This document shows positions 37,701 to 50,200 of a stretch of 64,000 nucleotides of DNA, piece after piece (positions within the stretch are counted from its first letter, which is position 1; each line of letters starts with the position of its first letter). A model generated the notes under the pieces. That model saw only the letters and a list, made by a program, of their open reading frames with translations. It was not told the origin of the DNA and did no database searches. The stretch is from the NCBI GenBank assembly GCA_051362555.1, contig CM120640.1, positions 48,710,788 through 48,774,787 on the forward strand, in the 5' to 3' direction. The position numbers and the translations under genes were made by a program. The stretch is from Lingula anatina (taxonomy: Eukaryota; Animalia; Brachiopoda).

Positions 37701-40700
37701 GCACCTAATAGGAAAATACATAAAGCAACATTTACTGTATAAATACGTACATATTTTCTACTGTATGTCTTAAGTTATCCCTTTTGTAATGCAGCTTTTA
37801 CATTACACGAATTTCTGCACCCTGTCAAAAGGGCATAACTATTGCTATTTCAGACATTTCATTAATAAATACGATTGGCAAATTGTTGGGATAAATGGTG
37901 CATATATTTTACTCGACCACGGTTGATACATGCACGGTATACCTTTACTTAAGTCCAGTTCTTCGTTGGTGCAGTTCACAATGGCGTCAGTGTGTTCCTC
38001 AGTTATATCCCCCTGCTGGATTTGAAGCGTGATATTCCCTACCATTGCCGCCTGTTGTAGTCTACCACCACCACTGGCCATACTTTGGAATGTGCTCCCA
38101 CCTTGAGTGGACAGATGGTTAATAGTTACACTAGATATAAGAATAATTTCAGATGTAATTTTTTCTATGATTCCTTTGATTATCGCTGGGGACAGACCAA
38201 AGACAAACAAGGCAGCAAAGCTGTCAAATGTACAGACAAAAAACAGGAAATAACTATGCACAAAATAGGCTACTGTCAATTCTAATGAAAAGTGCATTAC
38301 GTTAAACTGCAAATTCAACATCAAATTTTAATTATGCTCAACAGGTAATACCAATGTAAGTAAAATGTGTAACAAGCATAAGGCTTCAGGCCCATGGGAG
38401 TTCAAGTTCACACTTTGAAAATTTATAATTTCCAAAAAAAAAAAGCCAATTAGACTGCTTTTCCAACTAAGGCTGCATTTTAGTCCTGTATTTTTTTTTT
38501 TGAAAGTTTGGCAATCATAAGTAACATGGTTTTCCCATAATGGTCATCATGGCAGCAGCACCCAAAATTGTGTTTTCTTCTAATCTGATGCAATATAACA
38601 TAATGGTAAGCAGCATAATGACCGTCAATTTTAAATAATAAAATAAACGTATCATGGATTTTCAGAAAATGTGACTAGCATGGGTCTTCAAGCCCGTGGA
38701 ACTTCAAAGTCACACCTTAAAAATGCCAATATGTGAAAAATTAAATTTTCACAAAAAAAAACTGTTTAACTGGCAGTAAGAATTACCAAACAGACTGCAT
38801 TGCCTACTGAAGCTGTATTTTAGTCCCATGTTTCTTTCCTGTAAGCTTGAGAACAGTAAGTGACATGGTTTTTCTTAAATGGTCATCATGGGAGCAGTGC
38901 CCAAAATAGGTTTTTTTCTAATTTTGATGCAATATTACATAATGTTTAACAGCATAAAGACCATCAATTTTTAATAATAAAATATTAGAATCATGGATAT
39001 TCAGAAAATGTGACTAGCAAAGGCCTTCAGGCCCATGTAACTTTAAAGTCACAACTTGGAAATGCCAAAATGTAAACAAGACAGCACTGTTCTGAAATGT
39101 TTTTTTTTCCATTTTTAACAATTTTTAACATAAAACAAAATTAACAGTTTACTGTCATTTTTATATGATCAACTAAGAAAATTGATGAGATGGGAAAAAT
39201 ATCAATAGAGCAGTGTTAAATGTCCAATTTCTTCCATTCTGAGATTCTGAACAAAGTGAATGATTGAATCTAACAAACTGCAATGATATGAGTTTATTTC
39301 CATTTTTGAAACTTTATTACATAATACACGATAACAAGTTTACCATCATTTTTACAAAATCAACTAACAATGTTGTAAAGATGCAGGAAATGTCAAACAA
39401 ACACTTTAACGTATCTTATTCATTAAATAATGAAACTGTTAACATGCCTAAGAATTGAATCTGATGAAATGTGAAAAAACAGCATTACTTCTAAAATAAT
39501 GGCCCGATTATGCAGATTTTTGAACTCAACCTGCCTTTTAGCAGGACTGACCACTCCTGTGAGTTAAATGACAATTGGCCTATCTGTTTTTCTTATATTG
39601 TGTTTACAGTGTTGCATATATGCTGAAAAGTGAAAAAACGGCATAACTTCTACAATAATGGCCCAATCATGCTGATTTTCGAACTTGACCTGCATTTTAT
39701 GAATATTCATCAGCTCTGTAAATATAAAGCCAAAAAGTAAAACTGCCCTCCACTTATCGTGTTTACAATGAAAGTGCACGGTGCCGGCGACGACGGCGAT
39801 GACAGACGCAGGTGATGGCAATATGTACAGACACATATTTACATAAAAAAGCATAACTACTAAAACAGTGGCCCGATCATGCCGATTTTCGAACCTGACC
39901 TGCGTTATAATAAGATCGATTACTCCTGTGAGTTTCATGACAACAGGCCTATCAGTTTTCCTTGAAATATGTTTACAGTGTTGCATATATGCTGAAAAGT
40001 TAAAAAACAGCATAACTTCCCTTAAAATGGCCCGATCATGCTGATTTTCGAACTTGACCTGTGTTTTATGAATATTCATCAGCTCTGTAAATATACAGCC
40101 AAAAAGTAAAACTGCCTTCCACTTATCATGTTTACAATGAAAGTGCACGGTGCCAGCGCCGGCGACAGTGACGGCGACGACGGAGATACAGGTCATGGCA
40201 ATATGTACAGACACATCTGTACATATTTACTGTACTGTTTGAGAACAGTAAGTGACATTGTTTTTCTTAAATGGTCATCATGGGAGCAGTGCCCAAAATA
40301 GGTTTTTTCAAATTTTGATGCAAAATTACATAATGTTTAACAGCATAATGACCATCAATTTTAACAATAAAATATTAGTATCATGGATATTCAGAAAATG
40401 TGACTAGCAAAGGTCTTCAGGCCCATGGAACTTCAAAGTCACAACTTGAAAATGCCAGAATGTAAACAAGACAGCACTGTTCTGAAATGTTTTTTTTTCT
40501 ATTTTTAACAATTTTTTTAACATAAAACAAAATTAACAGGTTACTGCCATCTTTATATGATCAACTAAGAAAATTGATGAGATGGGAAAAATATCAATAC
40601 AACAGTGTTAAATGTCCAATTTCCACCATTCTGAGATTCTAAACATAGTGAATGATTGCATCTGACAAACTGCAATGATATGAGTTTATTTCCATTTTTG

Positions 40701-43700
40701 AAACTTTATTACACAATACATGATAACAAGTTTACCATCAGTTTTACATAATCAACTAATAATGTTGTAAAGATACAGGAAATGTCAACCAAACACTTTT
40801 GCGTATCTTATTAGTTCAATAATGAGACTGTTAACATGCCTAAGAATTGAATCTGAGGAAATGTGAAAAATCAGCATAACTTCTAAAATAATGCCCCGAT
40901 TACGCTGATTTTCGAACTCAACCTGCGTTTTAGTAAGATTGACCACTCCTGTGAGTTAAATGACAATTGGCATATCTATTTTTCTTATATTGTGTTTACA
41001 GTGTTGCATATATGCTGAAAAATGAAAAAACAGCATAACTACTAAAATAGTGGCCCAATCATGCCGATTTTCGAACTTGACCTGCGTTTTAGTAAGATTG
41101 ATTACTCCTGTGAGTTTCATGACAACAGGCCTAACGGTTTTCCTTAAAATGGGTTTACAGGGTTGCATATATGCTGAAAAGTGAAAAAACAGCATAACTT
41201 CTACAATAATGGCCCGATCATGCTGATTTTCGAACTTGACCTGTGTTTTATGAATATTCATCAGCTCTGTAAATATAAAGACATCTGTGTCTGTACATAA
41301 AAATTGCCTGGCTAATAAATTCAGACTTGCAAGCAATAACAAACAGAAAATACCATTCGCTTTCCGTCTAGAAGTTGAATGTCCACTTCGCTCAGAGGAA
41401 ATATCTTCGTTGCTCTCTTTTCCGCGTCTTCTGGGCTTACGTCCTCTTCCTCTCTTCAACTGTCTGATCTCATCCTCAAAAGCCTACCAGTAATTAAAAG
41501 AGGATTCATTAAAACAGTGTTAGGGAAAACATCTTTAACTCCTACCACAAGCTAGAGGGACACCAAAATGGTTTTTCATGATCAGCTTAGTGTAAAGAAA
41601 TCTACAATTTAACAGTAGCAACTTACAGCAACGGTGGCATGATCTTTATCATACACCACAAGACGCACTTCTCTGAGAGTTGTTTCTGGTTTACTTGTGC
41701 TAAAATTGGCTATTTCTTCGTACATCGCTCTTGCCACAACATCTTTTGGGAAGCCTAAGTTGCCAGTGCCAATCGCTGGTATGGCGATTGAAGTGTAGTT
41801 GCCTTTATCGGCAGTAAAAAGGCATGTCTTCACCAATTTACGAAGACACTAGAAGAAGACATATCGTGAAATGTATCTGGTCATTGGTAGGAAAGCGCAT
41901 CCTAATAAAAAATGACTCACCATCGCATTATACGTTGTAAGCTTTGATTATTAAAAAAACAGAAATATTACATGAAAAATCAAAGCGACACCCATTTATG
42001 CTATGCCTTTTAAATTCATTTAATTTAGCCCATTTTTTAAGTATTGTTAAAAATTTACAACACTATAGTACTGAAACGACCATAAACGTATGGTTAATCA
42101 AGGGATCGAATACATCATGGGGATATTTTCGTTTAGTGTATGAATTGGAAAACTATGGATAAAACACCATACTTTAAAGAGTGGTGATTTAACTGACCTC
42201 CTCTGAGCCAGATGAACTCCAATTCAGACAGCTTCCATGAAACACGCGTTTGCACTTCAAATTACCGCCAGAAGTTTCAACAATGTCGCCAAACTGAAGT
42301 CCATTTGGTGCCTGCTGATCACATTCGACCTGCAAAACGTTTCCCCCAGCGGACAGCAAAGACTTCGATACAGCACCGTTCGCCAACTTCAGATCCCTGC
42401 TAGTAGTGTTCACAATGATATCTGCCTGTAATGTTATGTTTAATATAGGCTATGAAAGTATATGAAAGTCGTCATAAGATTTAAATTCATATAAGTCATT
42501 CAGGTACATGTACTTGAAACATTGTACCACAGTGTTTATGCTCACAGAATAACTTCTCAAGCGTACACATACCATTTCCTGTGCAAGAACTGCCTTTCTG
42601 AGTGAAACCAGAAGTCTCTCCCTTGTGTTCATAGTCAGGGGATCAGTAGTGGGTAAGTATGAACTACAGGACTCTGTCTCCAGACCTGGCATTTACGTAG
42701 GTATTATGTAGTAAGTTGTAATTAGACACAAAACAACAAACAAACAAACTCTCTTACAGACCTACAAAATGTTTTCCTCAATTACTTTACAAAACGCACA
42801 ATTACTTTGAAAATGTGCGGAGAAGGTTTAAAAGAGACTTTGGAAAATCTAAATCCCATTAATGAAAGTGGACATCTACATTCACATTTACCACATTGTG
42901 CACATTTCAAAATTACTATTACTTTAGTGAATGAAAATGCCAAGATGTTCTACAGACTAAAATTGGTAAAAATCATAGGTAAAGATCAAGATGAATATAA
43001 TGATACGCTCCCATGCCCCTAAAGAAAAGGCAAATGAAATCTCGTTCGGATACTGGGTGGGGGAAAATGTTAGGGGCTGAAGCAAGAATTAAAAAGATCA
43101 TTTCAGTACAAATTGACTTATTGTTGTTCACTATCTGAAGAGTTTTTATTTTTTAGGAAATTTGATAAATATGAAGGTTATATTCAAAATTGTTGTATAA
43201 TAGTATATTTTGTTATTAACACAAAAGGCCCATTCTTTAGATCAGTTAATTGGTTAAGACGGACAGGTTGCCTACCAGTAAATTGTGAGTGCTCTCCTGC
43301 TCCTACTGATGCTGAGACTCTGCCATACCCACCATCGTAGCTTGCTCCCTCATCTGTTCTAGAACTGCCAGTCGGAAAAATTCCGTGTAGAGCTCGCTGA
43401 AATGCCGTAAGTACACGTTCCTCCAGTGACACAATTCGAACCTCTGTTATAGATGTTGAGGAGTTCTTAAAAAAGTCCCTTATAGCTTCAAGAATAACTT
43501 CTGAGCATTTATCAATTGGGAATCGATAGACTCCAGCACTAAGTGCTGGAAAAGAGATGGCTTTGAATTTCATTTTTGTTGCTTCATCCAGACAGTTGTA
43601 CACTGCCTCATATAGAAGGTTCTCTTCATTATTATTTCCTCCACGCCACACTGGACCGACAGCATGCAGGATTTTCTTGCAGGGCAGTTTGCCTGCCGAA

Positions 43701-46700
43701 GAGGCGAAGACTTGTCCATCAAGAAGGGCTCCGTGCTTCCCGGTATAGGCAGAGCATTCATCTTGGATACTTTGGCCACCTAAGGATATTTATTTTATTA
43801 ATCTATTTATTATTTATAAAAGATTGATATGAATAAAAACAAAATTTGTGTTCGTAAATTTTGATACTTCCGTTTAAGGTATATATAAGAAAATGTTATC
43901 ACTGAATACTACAAAGAGGCTGTGCATGACAATATTGAAACACAAAAATAGTTTGACTGGCAGACGTTTACCACTTCATGATAGACATGTCTCACCTGCG
44001 TCCACGATTGCTTTGGCTAAACCTCCAATGTGGGCCATGTCTCTGTTTGCTGCATTAACTATTACATCCACATGTTGCTGCGTAAGATCATCTCTATGAA
44101 TGGCCACTACACAATTATCTGGTGTCTTAATGTGAGCCACTACTTTCTGGTTTATGTCTGAACTGTCAACGATCACAAAGTCACCATCCTCCTCGGCTGG
44201 CCCAGAACTCGACGGGACATCAATTGTACAGTCGTGTTTTGTTTCCACGTTTTCTAGAAAGTCCTTTCCTCGTTGGGAGAGTATATACTTTGGCATCCCC
44301 GGTTTATTTATTTCTTTAATTTCAGACTCGATTTTCAGGCAAAGGTCGCGTAGTTTTTGAGTTGTGGCGATGATTCCGGGTTGATTCCCTTGTACAAGAA
44401 ATCCGCTGCTCTTTCCGGACTTTCCCCATTTTATTTTCACTTGGTTTTCCGCATTTTCCTTCTCAATCTCTCTTAATCTTTTTAACCTTCGCTCTACAAG
44501 GAATGTAACTTTTCCTCTTTCCATTTTCATAAATTCTTCAACCACTGTGTTGAAGGTAAGGAAATCAGAAACACATTCTAGGACGTTGCCAGATACACTT
44601 TTCACAGCCACAATAGTTACGGAACTATTGTCTGCTTTGGGTATAATTCTACACAACCCAGGATACAACTTTTCTTGCTGATCAACTGTTGCGTGCCACT
44701 TTTCTGTGTTCAAAATCCCCTGGCTACCATCTTTGATTGAAACCGGGGTTTCAATTATGTTTTGCTTGATGATCTGACAAGCATGAGTGATCTCGTCTTG
44801 CTTTGTTGCATGTACTGAAACCTCATCACTTCCGACAACCCACACTGCATCCAAACTTTCCCGGCGGAACAGATCCACAAGATGTTCTCGGCATTCTTTG
44901 GTTCCCATTAACAGCATAGACGCTGGAGGCAACTTGAAGGTCTGGTGTAGTAGGGCGTTTATTCTTTCATAAACATCTATCATAGCTTTGTTTACGTCAT
45001 CTGGCATGCCTTTTAGATGAAGCATCCTACTATCCTGATCAATACTGATGTTCATATCGGGGAACATCTGTTTAGCAATCTTTTTGTACTGTATTGCCAA
45101 TAGGTACCGAAGTTGAAACAGCTTCAGAGTTTTCTTTTCCTTCACAACCAATGCATCTCGTCGCATTTGCTCATCAAGTTGTTTCTGTATCTGTGTAATT
45201 TTCTGAATCACCTCATTGGCTATACCTGCCTCCCCCATCACTCGTATGACACAGGTCTGGTCTTCAGTTTGCAGACGATAATTGTCGTTTTCTGGATTCG
45301 GTAGCAATGAGAGAGCTTGGTTGGTTTTCTCCCATATTGCCTGAAGAGTGGAAAACTCTTTGTACACAAACTCTTCCTTGAAAACCTTATTCATAACTTC
45401 CCTCACATTCCTTTCCCATGTTTCTGCAGCTTCTCTATAATTTGGAGACTGTTGAGATAGCGCACAGGTGACACTGGGCATTGATGCTGGATTCTGAGGC
45501 CATTGTATGCGGGCACTCACATCAGCAAACGCTTGTTCAGCCGCAGAACGATGTCTTTTAATGCCTTTGATGAACTCTACCAATCCGTATTCAACATTTT
45601 CCAATTGAATTGGTTTGGGTAGAGGTAAATAGGGTTTGCTCGGGTCATGTCCAGGGGGAAGAATCCCAAGGCACTCATGGTATATGGATACCTTTACATG
45701 GGTCTTGTTCAATATGTGCTTCTTTTTTAAAACTCTGTCTACAACTGAAACACAAGCACAAACACTCCTTGATACAATAATTGCGGATCACAAAGAGGGA
45801 TTATCATCAAACACATTTAGAAAAAATTGATATGAAATTGTCAAATTTTCACCTCTTTTAAATAAAGAAAAAACCCTTACCTTCTGGGTTATCAAAAGTC
45901 ACGATGGCGGAGGCTGAATCTGAAGCCATATGAACCACACTGACTCCACCACCACCACTTTTCTTCTCGTTCTCAAAATAATTCTCGAGCGCATCCTCTG
46001 TGATATTTTGAGGAAGTTTGTGAACCTGGATACTAGTTGTAAGGGGAACTCTTTCCACGACAAGATTACTTCCTTCAAGTTTCTTTTTCGAGCAATTGGC
46101 TTTAAAGTTATCAAAGTCTGAAATGAAAAAGAATGTCCCTGAACGTAGACAATATATTACTATTTACATTGTTAGTAGTACAATTGTCACACATTCACCA
46201 TTCTGGTTAACATTTGTTTTACATGAAACGATAACGTAAAACATGAACCACACACTTCACTTTATTAAACAATTAATCAGGTTTAAGGTTTAAATGGACT
46301 TTTCTAAAAAATACATCAGGTACCTGTTATTGGTTCACTTAATGCAACTAGGACAGTCCCAGGGATAGCCCCAAAAGTAATGTTCTCAACACTGTAGCTG
46401 GTTTTTGCCTCGATGAAATTTTCTAGGAGGTCTGTTGTTACATTTACGCCCACCTTCTTGAAACAGACCTTCTGCAAGTCATATGTGACAGGAGGAGGGG
46501 GCTGAACTGCTGCTATGTCTAGACTACTTTTATCTAATGTCAGTCCAGTCTGTTCCCACTTCTGTAATATCCTGTTCACAACTAGTAATTAAACATTTTT
46601 TAATTATCATAATTTTAGAAAGAACTCAATGTTTTCAATAAATTATACATATGAAAATAAAAAATCTGCTAACCAAAGGCTAATCTCCTTAATTAGGACT

Positions 46701-47165
46701 TAATTGAACTGACCACGAATATTTATGGTGTACTGAGCTTTATATATACATGTATGATGTAATCGATGTACTGCATAAAACCAAGAACCATCTAGCTAGT
46801 GTGCACTGGCTTGAGAAAAACCTTCGCAAAAAGAGAACTAAATTCGGTTGTAAAATAGCTCACCTTCAGGATCCGGAAATGTTATCAGGGCCTCAGTTTT
46901 ATCTTCATTCATTGTTATATTCTGAACGGGACCACCACCTGAACGTTTTCTGTTCTCAAAGAAAAGTGTCAAGCTCTCAGTCGTGCTCTCTTGGTGAAAA
47001 CCATGTACTCTGATGGTGTCAAGTTTAGGTGTTTCCACTTGGTTGTCTTCACTTCCTTTTGCAGATAATAAAAAGGTAAGTTTAAAATGTATAATAAGAT
47101 ATAGCATTTTTGTATTTGTTCATTGTTTTACAAACTTCCACTGAATAACAGCCTCCCCCCCCCCC

Positions 47166-47246
<81 letters not shown>

Positions 47247-50200
47247 AATTGAATATTCTTTTGGACAATTTTCCCCTTACTTGTCCCTCCTATAGCTGAA
47301 GGAGCACTCTTTTCACAGGGCCATTCCACGTGGAGCCTGTTTCCATCTAGTATCGTCCCAGGAGACTCCCCGTGCTGAATGACACATGCAGCAACTGAAC
47401 ATGAAAAAACTTACATTATTTACGTCCTTAACAGAAGGTGCAGGTGCCAAAATGGCTAAAAGTTAGAGGGTCGGGATATTATTATTTATCTATGTAGAAA
47501 TTCATCCCAACAGGAATCATAAGCACACACGGAAATGTCAGTATTTAACCTTAATTTTGTTTGAAACAAAAACAAACTTTCAAGGAGAATCAACTTATCA
47601 AACCCTTAATCCCTCAAAATATTGATATATATGGCGCTCTTGCAACGCCCCTAATGTTATTTATCTTATTCATGTAAAGTCAGTTATTTACTTAATGCTC
47701 AAAACAATAGTTGTGTTTTTTTTTTCAAAAACTAGTCTTGCCATTTGTATATTAATCTATCATTTACAGTAATTTTTCATTTGTCATTAAATAAAGAGCA
47801 GTCTAGCATAATACATGTAATTAATCATTTAATAACCTGTTCCTTCACTATTTAACTTATTTATCCCAGTCAAAAAAGGAAAAGCAAAAAATACCTTCAT
47901 GGTCTTTATAGGTAATAACAGCAACACCAGATGCTCTATCAATGTTGATGTCCTCAATCTCACCGCCACCACTGCGTTTTTTACTTTCAAACAACATCTC
48001 TAAGCTGTCATCTGAGGTGTTTTGATGAAAGCCGCGAATTTCTACGGACCTGACTGGTTCTGGTGGTGTCAGCCTGCATATGGTCAGTGTGGCTCCTTCA
48101 AGTTTGAGGAGACCTCTTTCTAATACTCTGTCAGCAACTGAAAAGACATCCAAGAATATACTTAACAGCAAGGGCATTGGTGGTGACTCACTTTGTTTTT
48201 TATATGTTTAGGAATAAGCACTATCTATATACAACAATAAATTCATTGTCAAGCTCACATTATATATGGAACCAAAATTTTTCAGTTATGAACATAAATA
48301 AATTATTCTCGTATTACTTAAAACCCATTAATTAAAGCAGCATTTGATCAGCATTAACCTTCTGGATCTACAAAGGTGATTGTCACATCTTCTGTCAAGG
48401 GATTCCTTTCCAATTTTGCAATTTCACCACCTCCAGATTTCCGTTTGTTTTCAAAAAACAACTCGATTGTGTCATCAGATGTTGTCTGATGTATTCCATG
48501 AACCACTATTGCATTGATAACCATGCTATCTTCCTGCATTATGTTGCCAGCTGTGTCATCTGCTTTATCTGGCTGGGGCCGACAGACACGTATTGGTGCA
48601 CCCTCGAGAATCAGGTTTTCTTGGGCTAGGACACGTTCGGCAACTAAGTGGAAATTTTTTAAGGATTGAACAGAGGTTGTAGGTTATTTACATTAACAAG
48701 GGTGGCATTTTACACCTGATATAACATAGCATTTATGGCATAGTTACTTCTTACCAAAATGCAATGAAACAATTTTCTTAGGGAAAAATTTTCCCTAAGC
48801 GGAATTGAAAGTAATTCTCACCAAACCATTACTTACTTTTGGAATCTGCATAAGTAATTTTGATAACGCCTGTAGTAGCATCCCTTTCCATGTGCTCAAT
48901 ATCTCCGCCACCTGATTTTCGTTCATTTTCGAAAAACATTTCAGCGGTGTCTGTGGATGTCTCCTGTTTCACGCCGTGGACTTCGACAATGTGAGAAAGC
49001 TCTTCTTTTTGCTGGGGCTTAGGCATGCATACTTGTAGCTGGGCACCCTCAAAGAGAATGTCCCTCTTTCCAAGAACACGTGAAGCAACTAAAATGGTCA
49101 TTAAATATAAAGCTAGTGATTTTTCTAAACAATTAACGTTTTTAAAGTAAAAAAACTTTAAATGTGACTTTCTGAAAATTGTTAAAACAAGTTGCACTTA
49201 CCAGATGGGTCACAGAAAGTGATCCAGACAACGCCCTTTTCCAGGTTTCTCTCTAGCCGCTGTATATCACCACCACCCGACCGTTTCATGTTTTCAAAAA
49301 ACATTTCAATCTTCTCGTCTGAAGTCTCTGCCCTTATCCCATGTACTTCTATCGTGGCTGAAACTTGTGTTGTTTCTATGCCAGTCGAATCTTCCTCGTT
49401 CTCTCGCCAGACCGCCTTTAACTCTGTTCCCTCCAGTATAAATGTTCCCCTGTCCACTACTCGAGAGGCAACTGAAAGAATTACACATGTAAATGAAAAA
49501 GCATCAATCAGATTTCTGTCTGTCACAAACCCCTCTTTCAAACCAGCACACACAAACAGTACCTGATAAAGGACAGCATTTGTTCGGTTAAGTCAACTGA
49601 AGTATTCTGAAGCATAAAAAAATATACATGTATCATAAATCAATTCTTTCCTACAACTTTACAGAAAACAAAATGCATAAACTTTAACTTATTTATCATG
49701 TCCACAACAACAGTGTACTGATTACCTTTTTGGCTATGAAAACACTTTGATGGATAATCCTTACTTTATGTCCATAATAACCTAAAATCAACTACACACC
49801 ATTTTAGGTGTTGGGATTAAGAAAATGTATCGAATACTCAACATTCTGATACCTTAAATGAAAGAAAATGCACCAATTTGCATACTTAAATATACACTAG
49901 CTGATACCCGTCACATCAATCATTGAACCATGACAAGAGATTAGTATACACGATTTATAGCCTGGAGTCAAAGATTTTGTGACTTTAACAATAAAACTAA
50001 AAACCAACCTCCATTCAGGTGTAAAAAGAATTATCGACAATCTATGTTATATTAAAATATACATGTATTTATAATAAGAATTCTTAAAAAATTAAAGAAA
50101 GACTGGGACTGAGTAGTAATCACACTTTGTCAAACATGTACTTGGCAACCAGCGGCATTATCCACTGCGCCAACAAATCTTACTATTCATTAGAATGTTA

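Noticed and set aside
39564-40214. 216-aa ORF with internal repeats
   Set aside because: It is a translation of intronic subrepeats, with no domain signature and no fitting splice sites.
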